From: Lama guanicoe
Taxonomy: Eukaryota
Assembly: GCA_013239625.1 (NCBI GenBank)
Contig: MU053810.1
Coordinates: 1,871,518 to 1,935,517 of the forward strand
Reading direction: 5' to 3'
Length of the DNA: 64,000 nucleotides
The notes under the pieces were generated by a model that ran no database searches, had not been told where the DNA came from, and saw only the letters and a program-made list of their open reading frames with translations. The position numbers were made by a program, and so were the translations under genes. Shown in pieces: positions 1-10,512 of the stretch (position 1 is its first letter; every line of letters begins with the position of its first letter).

Positions 1-215
1 ACCACACACCTATTAGAATGGTAAAAACCCAAAACACCAACAACGGCCAATATATATAAGGACGTTAAGCAACAGGAATTTATATTCATTGCTGGTGGGA
101 TGCAAAATGGTACAGCACCTTTGGAAGACAATCTGGCAGGCGAGAGGGGGTATACAGAAACTCTCTATTCTGTATTCAATTTTTCTACAAACCTAAAGCT
201 ACTCAAAAATACAGT
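1..215 (+). mobile_element. Old L1 (L1M-type) fragment, ORF2 end joined to 3' terminus
   Basis: CACCTATTAGAATGG...CATTGCTGGTGGGATGCAAAATGGTACAGC..TTTGGAAGAC motif, followed by L1 3'-end-like text and an A-rich tail. Confidence 0.75.
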
Positions 216-1489
216 GTGTTTTTTTTTTCAAAGAAAGAATAAAGCTGTCCCTGAAACAAAAGTCACATTAAAATACCAAAAAAAAAAAGAAAAAAAAAGA
301 AAATTAGAGGCAAAAGTCTACCCTTCAGAAAAAACATAAGATAAGAAACTAAAAGTGAAATAAAACTGCCAATAGAACGTAAATGTTTTTCAATGGGACA
401 GTGATTTTTAAACGTAGAAACAGAAACAGCAAACCCAAGGTAAAAAGTTTAGGGGGATTCAAACTCACGTTGTTTTCATAGCCAGATCTCATCAGGACCT
501 CAAAATTGCATGGTTATGCTCAGTATTCCAAAAATTCATTTGCCTATTTTGGCATATGCAGTATTCATATTCAACTGTAGTTGATATCATAGTAATTAAC
601 AGTCCAGGAGATGGGCCAACCTAATTTAATTAAAGTTTCTCAGGGAATCATCATTGTAAATTAATATTGAATGTGTTATATGCTGCAAAAGTAAAATAAC
701 GGATTCATAATTCCATGTTGTAATGATTCCTGACATCTTTGTGAAATTTGAAGAAAAGCTATTTTCCTGTTACATGGTATACTGGGAAATGAAAAGGGGC
801 AGTGACGTACAATTGAAGACACTGGTCTGAAAACTCAGTAATGAACAGCTGTCTATAGATATCGGCAAATGGCATAGTATTTAAACAGCCAAATATACCT
901 CCTATGAATAAGCATAACACCAAAGAGGAAAATTGAGTTGACCCCGAACGCCAAGATGTACTGTAGTTTCTGTTTTGTTTTTAGAGGTTTCCCTGGGCAT
1001 TTATCGCTATGAGTTAGGGCAGTATTAGCTTTTGACAATTAAATACTCTCTTTTTTTTTAAAGATTGGTTGTTTCTTGATTATTATTTATGATGAGGTTA
1101 TTTCTGTCTGTTAATAGGGATGAATTTTTTTCTAAGTTAAACTGTGGATGGTGCAATTTGAGAAGCCCATTTTTATCTGAAAATGATAAGCCTTATGGTA
1201 AATTGAATTATTGTTCAAAATTCTTTATTCACACCCTCTGCACCCCCCCAATGCTGTATATATCTATGAACTTTGCCACTTGTCTTCTCAGTATCAGTAT
1301 TTACTAAAGTAGGTAGAATTTAATGCCCAATCCTATAGACACTGGGTTTGGCTATTGGCTTTGAGTGTTGGAATATGAGCAAGAACAATTTTGTGCCAAT
1401 TGCAACTGAGGCTGACACGGCAATGCATGTGTTCACATGTGAATATTGTTCTGTCCTGAGCATTCATGATCGTTATGTGAAGACTTTCT

Positions 1490-1690
1490 TCTGTAGCTGC
1501 CGCATCTTCAGCCTGAACCCTACAATAAATGCGTCTGGAACAGACCAGAGCCCAACCTGCACTGAGAAGCCGAGCCCAGCACCAATCAGCTGAACCTCAA
1601 CTGTTACACAAACGCATGATAAATAAATCCTTATGGTTATATGCCACGGAGATTTTGGTAGTTATTTTATACACCACAATAGCAGAGACA
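1490..1690 (+). mobile_element. Old MLT1 (ERVL-MaLR) LTR 3' part
   Basis: AATAAAT..TTATGGTTAT..GCCACGGAGATTTTGG...ACAATAGCAGA ending typical of older MLT1. Confidence 0.6.
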
Positions 1691-1724
1691 AGCCTCATTC
1701 TCTTGCTCATAGGGAGTTTAGAAT

Positions 1725-2010
1725 ATGAGCACTCCAGATTTATTTACCTAGTTGATAACTCCACTTGGCTGCATCAAACATAACAGATCAAAAATCAAAC
1801 ACTGTTTTTCCCACTTAACATAGTCCTCCTTGAGTCTCCCCATCACAGCAAATGGCACCATGATTTAGTGCCCATCAAAACCCAAGAAGTCATTCTTGAC
1901 AATTCCATGTCATTGGTCACCATATTTTATCCATCAGTAGCTTTTCCATAAATTTTCTTGAATTCATTCGCTTCTCTCCTTGGCTCCCTATGGGTCTCTA
2001 CCCCACAACC
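1725..2010 (+). mobile_element. L2 fragment
   Basis: CTCCACTTGG..CATCAAACATAAC...CTCCCCATCACAGCAAATGGCACCA...AAAACCCAAGAAGTCATTCTTGAC. Confidence 0.65.
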
Positions 2011-2116
2011 TAAGCCATCTCTTCTCCTCATCAAAACATTCCATGAAGAGAATGAAAGACAAACTACACACACACACACAGCTTTGCCCCTGACTGAAGA
2101 TTTGTCTAAGGCTAGA

Positions 2117-2575
2117 ACAGTGGTGTCCAATAGAAATATACTATGAGCTACATATATAATTTTTAATTTTCTAATAGTTACAATCAAAAAGCTCAAAAGA
2201 AACAGACAAAAATAACTTTAAATGATATATTTTATTTCCCCTAATAGATCAAAAATGCTATCATTTCAATAAGTAATTAATACAAAAATTAATAATGAGA
2301 TAGCTTAGCTTTTCATACTGTCTTCAGATTCAGTTTTTTTCTTTTTCTTTCCTTTTTGTGGGGGAAGGTAACTAGGTTTGTTTATTTATTTACATATTAA
2401 TGGAGCTACTGGGGATTGAACCCAGGACCTCATGCATGCTAAGTATGTGCTCTACCACTTGAGCTATACCCTCCCCCACCAGATTCAGTTTTTAAGTTAA
2501 TGCTTAACAAAACATTTCAGTTTGGACAAGCTACATTTCAAGTGCTCAACAGCCACGTAAAAAGTGAACACAGAT
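2117..2575 (+). mobile_element. MER33-like hAT DNA transposon, interrupted by a SINE
   Basis: CAGTGGTGTCCAATAGAAATATA start and CTACATTTCAAGTGCTCAACAGCCAC near the end. Confidence 0.8.
2339..2477 (-). mobile_element. tRNA-derived SINE (camelid Vic-1-like) with 14-bp TSD
   Basis: Minus strand reads GGGGGAGGGTATAGCTCAAGTGGTAGAGC...GGGTTCAATCCCC (A and B boxes) with an A-rich tail. TSD CAGATTCAGTTTTT at 2325-2338 and 2480-2493. Confidence 0.9.
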
Positions 2576-3201
2576 CTAGAATATATGAATGTTTATAAAT
2601 CAATAGGAAATAGTCCAAAAGAAAATGGGCAGAAGACATGAACATAAAAGTAAATTCATTCAGCCTTCTCTTACTTTGTTCCTGTTTAAGGACAATGTAC
2701 ATTTAAAGCTCTTTTTCTGAGAGCAGACTGAGGCACCACTGGTGGGAAGGGTGGGTTTCTTGTCCCCTAAAAGGAATAAAAATGGCTGTAAATCTTGATT
2801 CTCCATGTGATAATTTTATTTGTTATTTAGAGATTAAACAGACTGGCCACATTACCACTGAAGTTTCCTATTTAGTTCTATTAAAATTTAATGGTTATCA
2901 ACGTTCTTAAAAATTCTAATTATCCAAGATAATTTTTATTCCAATAGCCAAGTCATTCCTCTGAGGGGAAATTGTGCTTCTCTGTGACAGAATCTTCACT
3001 GTCAGCATAATATCCATCCCAAAATTAATGAGATGAGTGGGATAAAAAAATCATGAAGGTGTACAAATTTACATATTTTCCTGAAGTCACAAAAGAGAAA
3101 CTAAACAACCGAGTTTAGCTTCTAGTTCATTGCAGACAGCATCCCCAACTAAGGACATTTTCTTATCTCTTAAGAACATTCACCTTGTTAGGTACATTTA
3201 A

Positions 3202-3243
<42 letters not shown>
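3202..3243. repeat. (TA)n(CA)n microsatellite
   Basis: Read directly. Confidence 0.97.
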
Positions 3244-3249
<6 letters not shown>

Positions 3250-4939
3250 TTTCTGTCCTTTTAAAGGAAGAATTATCTCAGCAGTTCTGCTAGACAGCAC
3301 ATGAGAGTTCTGAAAAGGTTATCCATTTCATAAACGCAACTATTAGACTTCTTGGAACTCAAAGTTCCTGATAAGCCTCTTCAGAGAAACAAGAGAATAA
3401 GGGAAATAATTATTGAGTCCCAGGAATAAAACTTTTGAAAGTCTGTGGTGGAAAAAACAACTCATTCCGGAGACAGAGGGAGTTAGACATGTGAGCCCTT
3501 CCTAGGCTGCAGATCCATTATTGGCAGGAGGAAGTGTTTCGGGGAACCATGCCAGTCCTGCTTTATAAGTGTCCTATCACCCTGACCACAAGATCTAGCA
3601 TGGATCTTTTTCAAGATAGGGAGTGACATAAATAAAAGTCATAACGGAAGATACAGTAAAACAATAAAACAATAAGAATTATAGCAACATTGAAAGAAAA
3701 AAAAGAAAAACCTTAGCAGAGGGAAGCCACCATGTTGGTTACAGGCAAAGGAAGGAGAAATGACACCAAGAGCCAATGCTGGAGACCACAGAGCAAGCCT
3801 GTGAGTGATGGTAATATGAGGGTAACCACAGGGTCCAGGCCACTTCCAGCCCCTAATTTGGGCATTAGGATGGATGCTGACATGGAACCAGGAGGTGGTA
3901 CCTCAGCTACTGCAAGGCTGTAATCACGATTGGCACCAGAAACAGGAGAACTTTGGGTGAACCACCCAGACCTTCCTGCCACGGTAAGGGAAGTTGTTGA
4001 GTGATTTGGTTGCCCAGAGAATACACTTTGTGGAAGACAGGGAGGCAAAAGCTGTCTTCCTTTCCCTGGCATCGCTACCCACACTAGTGGTGTAGGCTCC
4101 AAGTCATTCTAATCTTACTTTTTCTGAGCATGGCAAAGGTTTTCAAGCTTTCAAAAGCTGGCTTTTCCATCAGCACTTTTAAAAACCTACTTACCAATTT
4201 TATGGACTACTTATTTTGTGTGCTATGTGATTTGTAATGTGAAAAATCCCCACTCCCCAGTCTAGTTTATGACCAGGAAGATGGCCCTACAGAGATTTGG
4301 AATTATTATTGTGTCTGTTCTTTGAGCTCTGATATATATCTCAGTTATTTCTGGGATACTGTATCAGAATCCAAAGATTCTGAAAGAAAGAACAAGCACA
4401 TGACTTTAAATGGAGTCTTTTAAAACAGTATTTCCCTGTTGTCCTTTCTTATTTCCTCAGTCTTTTTCTGGGCAGTTAAAAAGTAAAACACTACTTCAGA
4501 AGATACACATTTAAACTACGTTGTAGGGGGCATGTAATTTGAATCTAAAGCACCTTAAATTACCTGTCCATTAGGAAAAATCAGATCTTAACGCTCCCAA
4601 AACTATTGTTTAATTGAAAGTGCTCAAAGAATAATCCTTCATAAATATTCAAATTCAGTGACTTGAACTAATATGGCTACATTTGCCTGTTCTGCCATGG
4701 GATGAAATTGAAAGTAATAAAGCTAATAAGTAAAAGTAGTGAACCACCTCCCTTGGATTAACATAGATTAATGGATTAATCTACCTTGATTAATATAGAA
4801 AGCCAGCCTTACAAATTTAAGCAAATTTAAGCAAAGCAAGCTATTTCTTTTCTTCTTGGTAGCAAAAACATTTTAAATTAAAGACACAAATTGGCTTCCA
4901 GCTTCCCCCAACCCTCTCACAATTTTCTACCTTTAGGAG

Positions 4940-5470
4940 ATTCGTAAGAATAAAACAATGAACATTCATATGTCATTTACCCAAATTCATCAATTACTAA
5001 TATTTTGTCATGTTGGATTTTCTTCTCTCTTTCCTTTTTATTTTCATGACCTATTTAAGAGTCAAGATAAATGATGTCTTGACATTTCACCTCTAAATAC
5101 TTCAGTCTTTATTATCTAAGAACAAGGTATTCTCGTATATAACCATAATTCAATAATCCTATGCAAGAAATTTAACACTACTACAATTTTATCTTGTAAC
5201 ATTCAGTCCATATTCAAACTTCTCAAATTTTCTGAGGGATGTCTTTTATAGCATTTTTCAATCAAGGATCTAATAAAGAACCATCCATTGAATTTAGCTG
5301 TCATATCCTCATCTACTTTAACCTACAATTGTTCACCAGTTTTAAATTCTTATTCTCACAATTCTGAGAAGCATTTGCAGACATTATGCATAAATAACTC
5401 AGTATGTATTTCTAAAGAGGTAGGGCATTCCCTTATATAAACACAGTATGATTTTTTAAATCGGTATGTT
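4940..5470 (-). mobile_element. Old L1 (L1MC4/5-like) 3'UTR fragment
   Basis: TTTACCCAAATTCATCAATTACTAATATTTTG...TTCACCTCTAAATACTTCAGT...AAGAACAAGGTATTCTC...CAGTCCATATTCAAA. Confidence 0.7.
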
Positions 5471-6955
5471 TTTTAATGTTATAAACTTGATTGCTTCTTT
5501 TTATAAAAATTTAAGAAAACACTAAATAGAAGAAGATAGGGAAAAATCATTACCTTCTTCTAGTAAAAAGTGGCGACTATCTTGTTACCCTTCTTTTCAG
5601 TCATTTCTTTGTATGGTGTCCGTTTGCCTATTTGTTGAATTCACATCATTATATGGAAGGAACACCATAATTGAAAATCTTAAGTAATATATTTTAATTT
5701 CCTCTAAAGCCAGAATAACACAACCCAGAACACAGCTGGAGCAATGAGATCAGAAGTTTCAGGCTAATGACAGTAAAAACTAATGTCAAGGTCCCCTGGA
5801 CTCCACAATGCAACGTGGAATTGTGGCAGTAAGCTGACACCGGAAGTTGTTGCATTATATTATTCTTTGGTGTTTCAAGGTAATTTGTGACCAATAAAAT
5901 GGTATCTTCAGTCAGACTAATCTGAATTCCAGAATTTTCTCCTGTGACATCTAATTGAAAAACTTGAAATGGATGAGAGAACATACGATGGTTGAGTTCC
6001 CTCAATTGCATGATCGTAAATTACCCTAATTCCTCCTTGAGAACTGCCTAGAGGGTATTATCAAGATAAAAGTATAGTTTTAAAATGAACTCAGGGGCAA
6101 TAAAGGGCATCAAAAAATCATGAAAGTTGAGTTGACACGGTCTTGGAACAAATTCAAAACCTTCAGCATTTCAGTAGGTTTTTTTTTTCTTTTCCCTTTA
6201 TCATCATGAACGCACTTTATATTTCCCAGAGGAAAGGGTCCTCAGACAGAACCATTCAGGATACATTTCAAAGAAATGAAGATGCAATAATACTACACTT
6301 ATATTGACCTGAACAGGCATTGCAGAGACTGGCGGCACCACGCGATTAAATTAAGTGTCTAAAGGGTTATTTTGTATTTCTTTCAGCCAAAACCCTATAG
6401 GCAGTCAGACCCAGACAACTGAGATTAGAATACTGCTCAAAACATACATATATATTATCAATCAGTAAGAATTTTATATACATGCTTCATTAAACTATGA
6501 CAAAGGTTTAAATAACTGGGCTTTTCTGAAAGAAAAGAGCAAGCAAGAAGAAAAAGTCGGAGTCCGCATGGTGTCTTATAGCCACAAATACATAAATATA
6601 AAGTAAAAGCAATTTATTAATTTAGAGCCATGTACCATTTTCTTTCTCTAAAGCATTTATGAACTTAGAAATTTTCTGAAATAATTTTATGTGACCATTC
6701 TTCTCATGGCTGTTGAAAGGAGCAATTCATTATTTATGCATATATAAAAGAATTAATTAAAGTAATACATTACAAATGAGAGCTGTTCCTCCTTTGAGAA
6801 AGAGAGTTACTTTTCTTTTTTGGTGGCTATTATAGCTCAAAACAAAGTTTATGTTTTTATGATACCATTAAATCTAATTGATAGTCTTGATTTTTCCTAT
6901 TATGTTTTATTTGTTTTTTAAACAGGAAATAGCCTTTTTAGTTGATATTAACAAG

Positions 6956-7783
6956 TTCGGGTAGCCCGGCCGGCTCCAATGAGCCACTGTTGCATACGGC
7001 GCTGGCGGCGGCAGAGGGAGCGTGACAGCGCTGCGCAGGGTGCTACAAGGCGTTGTCGCCGCAGCAGGTCCCCTTGTGAGTGGCAGACCAGCCACGCCTG
7101 CATGCTGAGGAAGACGGGTGAGGCGGTGGCCAGAGTGGCAAGGAAGGTCAACAAAACGGTGGAGAGCGGCTCCGACACCCTGGATCTGGCCAAGTGCAAG
7201 CTGGTTTCCTTCCCCATCGGCATCTGTAAGGTCCTGCGGAATGTCACCGACCAGGGCCACCGCATCATGCTGGCCAACAACGAGCTCAAGTCCCTCACCA
7301 GCAAGTTCATGACCACGTTCTGTCAGCTCCGAGAACGCCGCCTGGAAGGGAACGTCCTGCACCGCTTCCCCAACGAGGTCAGCACCCTGCAGCACCTCAA
7401 GGACTTCCCGGAGCAGCTGGAGGAGAGCGAGATCATGGACGTGCCCGTGGAGAAGCTGGCTGCCATGTCCGCCTTGCGCCTCAGCAACCTGCGCTTCAAC
7501 CCGCTAAACGCTGAGATTCGCGTCATCGCCCGCCACTCATCATGTCTCATGTCTCCAGAGGGCGCGCGGGCCCCTGCACGCTAGGCCTCCCTCCTCATGC
7601 CCGCCCAGCAAGGGGCAGAGGCCACCTGGCCTGGTTCCCTGAAGGGAGGGAGTCCCACAGGCTCATGGGAGGCCAAGCTTGGGGGGCTGGGGGCGAGTGG
7701 GCTGAACAGCGCATGGTGGGAGGGGTGCAGCGGTCCAGGACAGACCGCACAGAGCAGCAGCGGGCCCTGGGATGCCCAGAGGG
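6956..7783 (+). pseudogene. LRRC20: LRRC20 retrocopy, 5' part (5'UTR, intronless CDS 7102-7584, proximal 3'UTR)
   Basis: Translation MLRKTGEAVARVARKVNKTVESGSDTLDLAKCKLVSFPIG...LANNELKSLTSKFMTTF...DVPVEKLAAM...RFNPLNAE...MSPEGARAP matches LRRC20. No introns. GC/CpG-rich island in an AT-rich background. 160 aa, with in-frame deletions relative to the 184-aa human protein as I recall it. Confidence 0.95.
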
Positions 7784-8822
7784 CAATGGTTTTGACCTGC
7801 ATGAGCCCCTCTTCATCCTGGAGGACCACGAGCTGGGGGCCATCACTGAGGAGTCGGCTGATGCCTCGCCAGACAGCGCCTCGCCCACCAAGCTCCCCAG
7901 CCCGGCCCACCTGGCCCGGGAACTGAAGGAGCTGGTGAAGGAGCTGAGCAGCAGTGCCCAGGGGGAGCTGGTGACCCGACTGAACCCCCACATCCTGCAG
8001 CTTTCCCATGTGATGGACGGCCCTATAAGTGAGCGAGTCAAGAACGACGTCTACCAGCTGGCCCGCCGGTACAGCCTCCGGGTCAAGAGCAAGTCGGTGG
8101 CAGCCAGGCCGTCGCTTCAGTGGGAACAGGTGGCTCCCACCATCCCCCACCTGCAGGAGGAGGCTGAAGCACCAGCAAGAGGCCAAGGTAAGAGGAAGCC
8201 AGTGCTGTCTCTCTTCAACCACGAGCAGCCCACGGCCCCGGAGCACAGCCCGCCCGAGTCCGGCTCTGCCCGGGAGACGTCGCCACGATGTGTCTCCCTC
8301 AGCCCCTCAGCTGCTAGCCCGAAGACCACCGCGCCTGGGTCCTGGCCGTCCCCCCGAAGCCCCTTTGACATGGAGACCTGCAACTGGCCCGACATGCGGG
8401 AGCTCTGCTCCAAGTACACCTCCCATGATGAGGCGCTCCAGGCGAAGGGCGGCCCGCCCCGCAGCCTGCCGGTCAACCGGAGCCGCTCGCTGCCGGAGGA
8501 CATGATGGAGCCGCCTCTGTCGGGCAGAGTGGGCCGTTGCTGCAGCCTGAAAGCCAGGAGGGGCCCAGGGGGCCAGAGGCCGCTCAGCCCCAGCCTCCGG
8601 GGGGCCGCCCCCAAGGGGGTCGGATGGGGAAGAGGCCCTGTATGTCACCACAGACCTCACCCTGGAGGACAACCGGCGCGTGATTGTCATGGAGAAGGGG
8701 CCACGGTCCAGCCCGGCTGTGGGACTGGAGGCAACCAGCAGGCAGGGACCAAGCTCACCAGCAGCTGTGGAGGGGCAGGGGCAGGGTCAGAAGTTCCAGG
8801 AATCTGCAGAGAATCGGCCTAA
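7542..8822 (+). other. Chimeric 426-aa ORF: 81 codons from LRRC20 alternative frame and 3'UTR, in frame with ~263 PLEKHG3 codons, then a frameshifted tail; expression unknown
   Basis: From the ORF track. The PLEKHG3 codon AAT (7785) is in frame with the ATG at 7542. Confidence 0.3.
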
Positions 8823-9563
8823 GGAAGAGGGTCCCAGGGACCCTGCGGACCCAAGCCAGCAGGGCAGAGTGAGGAGCCTGAGAGAGAGATTCCAGGCCTT
8901 GAACTCCGTAGGTTGACTCTGAGTCCTGGAGGAGGCAGCAGCCACGCTGGGGGATGAGGAACTTTGGCATCCTTGCCTGCAGCCAGGGCTCCCTGCTCAC
9001 CTGAGCCCTGCCGGGGGCCCTCAGAAAGGCCGCCCCTGGGGGAGCACCCTGGTGTACCTAGCAAGTGTCTTCATCCGCTGTGAACACGCCGGTGACTTTC
9101 CACAGGCCTAGACGAGCCCTTTTTCCCTCTGAGGCCAGTGTAGCCGCTTCCCTTGTATATAGTCCTTCTCTGGTAAGAGGCCAAATATTGAAGCTCACTT
9201 CTTCCCAGGGAGAGCAAGGCCTGCTCAGGCCAGCCAGACTGAGGGCCCGACCATGGGACACGCGGGAAGGTGGCCTGGGGAGGCTTTGCTCTTCAGCTGT
9301 GCCTTTTCTTAGGATCCAGGCAGGAATGAGGCCCATAATTTATTGCTTTCCATCCTGTGATGTGTTAGTGTGCTCGCCTGTGTACACACTAACTAACTGT
9401 GTTCTGTTGTTGAGTCCGTACCTGGGAAGAATGTCGTGGACTCCGTTCAGGTGCTTCTGTGGGTTGTCTCGCTGGCCCCTGTGGTTGTCGCTAATGTATA
9501 CACATTTCATTATTTGCCAATGGTGTAATAACCACTGCTGACCAACCAAAACAAAAAAAAAAA
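7784..9563 (+). pseudogene. PLEKHG3: 5'-truncated PLEKHG3 retrocopy (C-terminal ~380 codons, 3'UTR, poly(A)) nested in the LRRC20 retrocopy
   Basis: NGFDLHEPLFILEDHELGAITEES...SPAHLARELKELVKELSSS...VYQLARRYSLR...WPDMRELCSKY and ...LYVTTDLTLEDNRRVIVMEKG...QQGRVRSLRERFQALNSVG* (stop 8914-8916) match the PLEKHG3 C-terminus. Net frameshift at ~8570-8625. A-tract at 9548-9563. Confidence 0.93.
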
Positions 9564-9568
9564 GGCAG

Positions 9569-9680
9569 TAGGATGACCAACCATCTTGGTTTTCCCAGGA
9601 CTGAAGGCTTTCCTGGGACATGGGACTTTCATAGCTAACAGTAGGACAGTACCTGGTAAACAGGGGCAACTGGTCCCCGT
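9569..9680. mobile_element. MER81-like hAT MITE carried inside the retrocopied UTR
   Basis: TAGGATGACCAACCATCTTGGTTTTCCCAGGACTGAAGG...GGGACTTTCA...AACTGGTCCCCGTA with degenerate terminal inverted repeats. Confidence 0.7.
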
Positions 9681-10341
9681 ACCAGGAGAGGACCTGGGGC
9701 TCTTGCTTCCTGACAACACCTGTGGTTTGGCGAACTCCTGACTCCTGGATCACCAGGTATCTACCTCCCACCTTCTCATCTGTGGAGGAAGCAGACTTGG
9801 AGCTCAGAGCCCACCACGTCTGGTCTGTGGGAGACTCCTGAGGCCCTAGGACTTGGGGAAGCCAGACCACCCAAATCCTACATCCATGGAGCAGTGGACA
9901 CTTTTCCACTCCTAGGGTTAGGCTGTTCGTAGTTCAGACCACCGCTCAGAGCACTAACCCTTTCTCAGAATGCTCCCAGTCCTGTGCCCCCTCCCCAGCT
10001 CTGAGGCCTGCCCCTGCCCAGGTCCCCTGTCTCTTGACAAGTGGCTGACAGGTTGGGCCATTGTTGGTCCATCATTGAGAACTTGGCGTCCAAAGAGATG
10101 CCTTGTTCAGCCTGCTCGTCTCCCAAGGCCTCATGGGCCAAGCTCTGGGAAAAGGGTTTTCAAGGTGAGGAGGTCAAAACGATTTCTAGGGCTTCCAAGT
10201 TCAGCCCTGGACACTGGGGACAAGTGGGCCTGCAGTCCAGCCCAGGCTGTCCTAGCCCCACCCAACCTATGTCTTGGAGTGGGATTTCTCTTTGTTGAAG
10301 AAAGAGTGTACTTTTCTGACACTCACAGAGGCACTGTATGG

Positions 10342-10512
10342 CCAGAGCCTTGCAGCTCGCGTGTGGCCTGTGGGCCAGCAGCATGGGCATCCAGGGGAGC
10401 TCATTGGAAATGCAGAATCCCAGGCCCCACCCTAGCCCTCCAGAATCAGAACCTGCACTTCAAAAGATCGCCAGGTTATTCCTGCAAGCACTTTACTGTT
10501 TGAGAAGCAAGG
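10342..10512. mobile_element. MER5A-like DNA transposon inside the retrocopied UTR
   Basis: GCCAGCAGCATGGGCATC..GGGAGCTCATTGGAAATGCAGAATCCCAGGCCCCACCC...GAATCAGAACCTGCA...TTTGAGAAGCA. Confidence 0.8.

Noticed and set aside
2339..2477. tRNA-like A/B-box sequences (also at 25422, 29354, 52243)
   Set aside because: These are SINE heads with tails and a TSD, not tRNA genes.
6890..6926. Acceptor-like TTTTTTAAACAG/G just upstream of the retrocopy
   Set aside because: A stop (TGA 6943-6945) blocks in-frame fusion to LRRC20. It could be a fossil-gene acceptor or decayed coding sequence; undecidable here.
6907..9336. Many overlapping antisense and alternative-frame ORFs (e.g. 6907-7395 -, 7581-8246 -, 8029-8505 +)
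   Set aside because: Shadow ORFs of GC-rich LRRC20/PLEKHG3 coding sequence.
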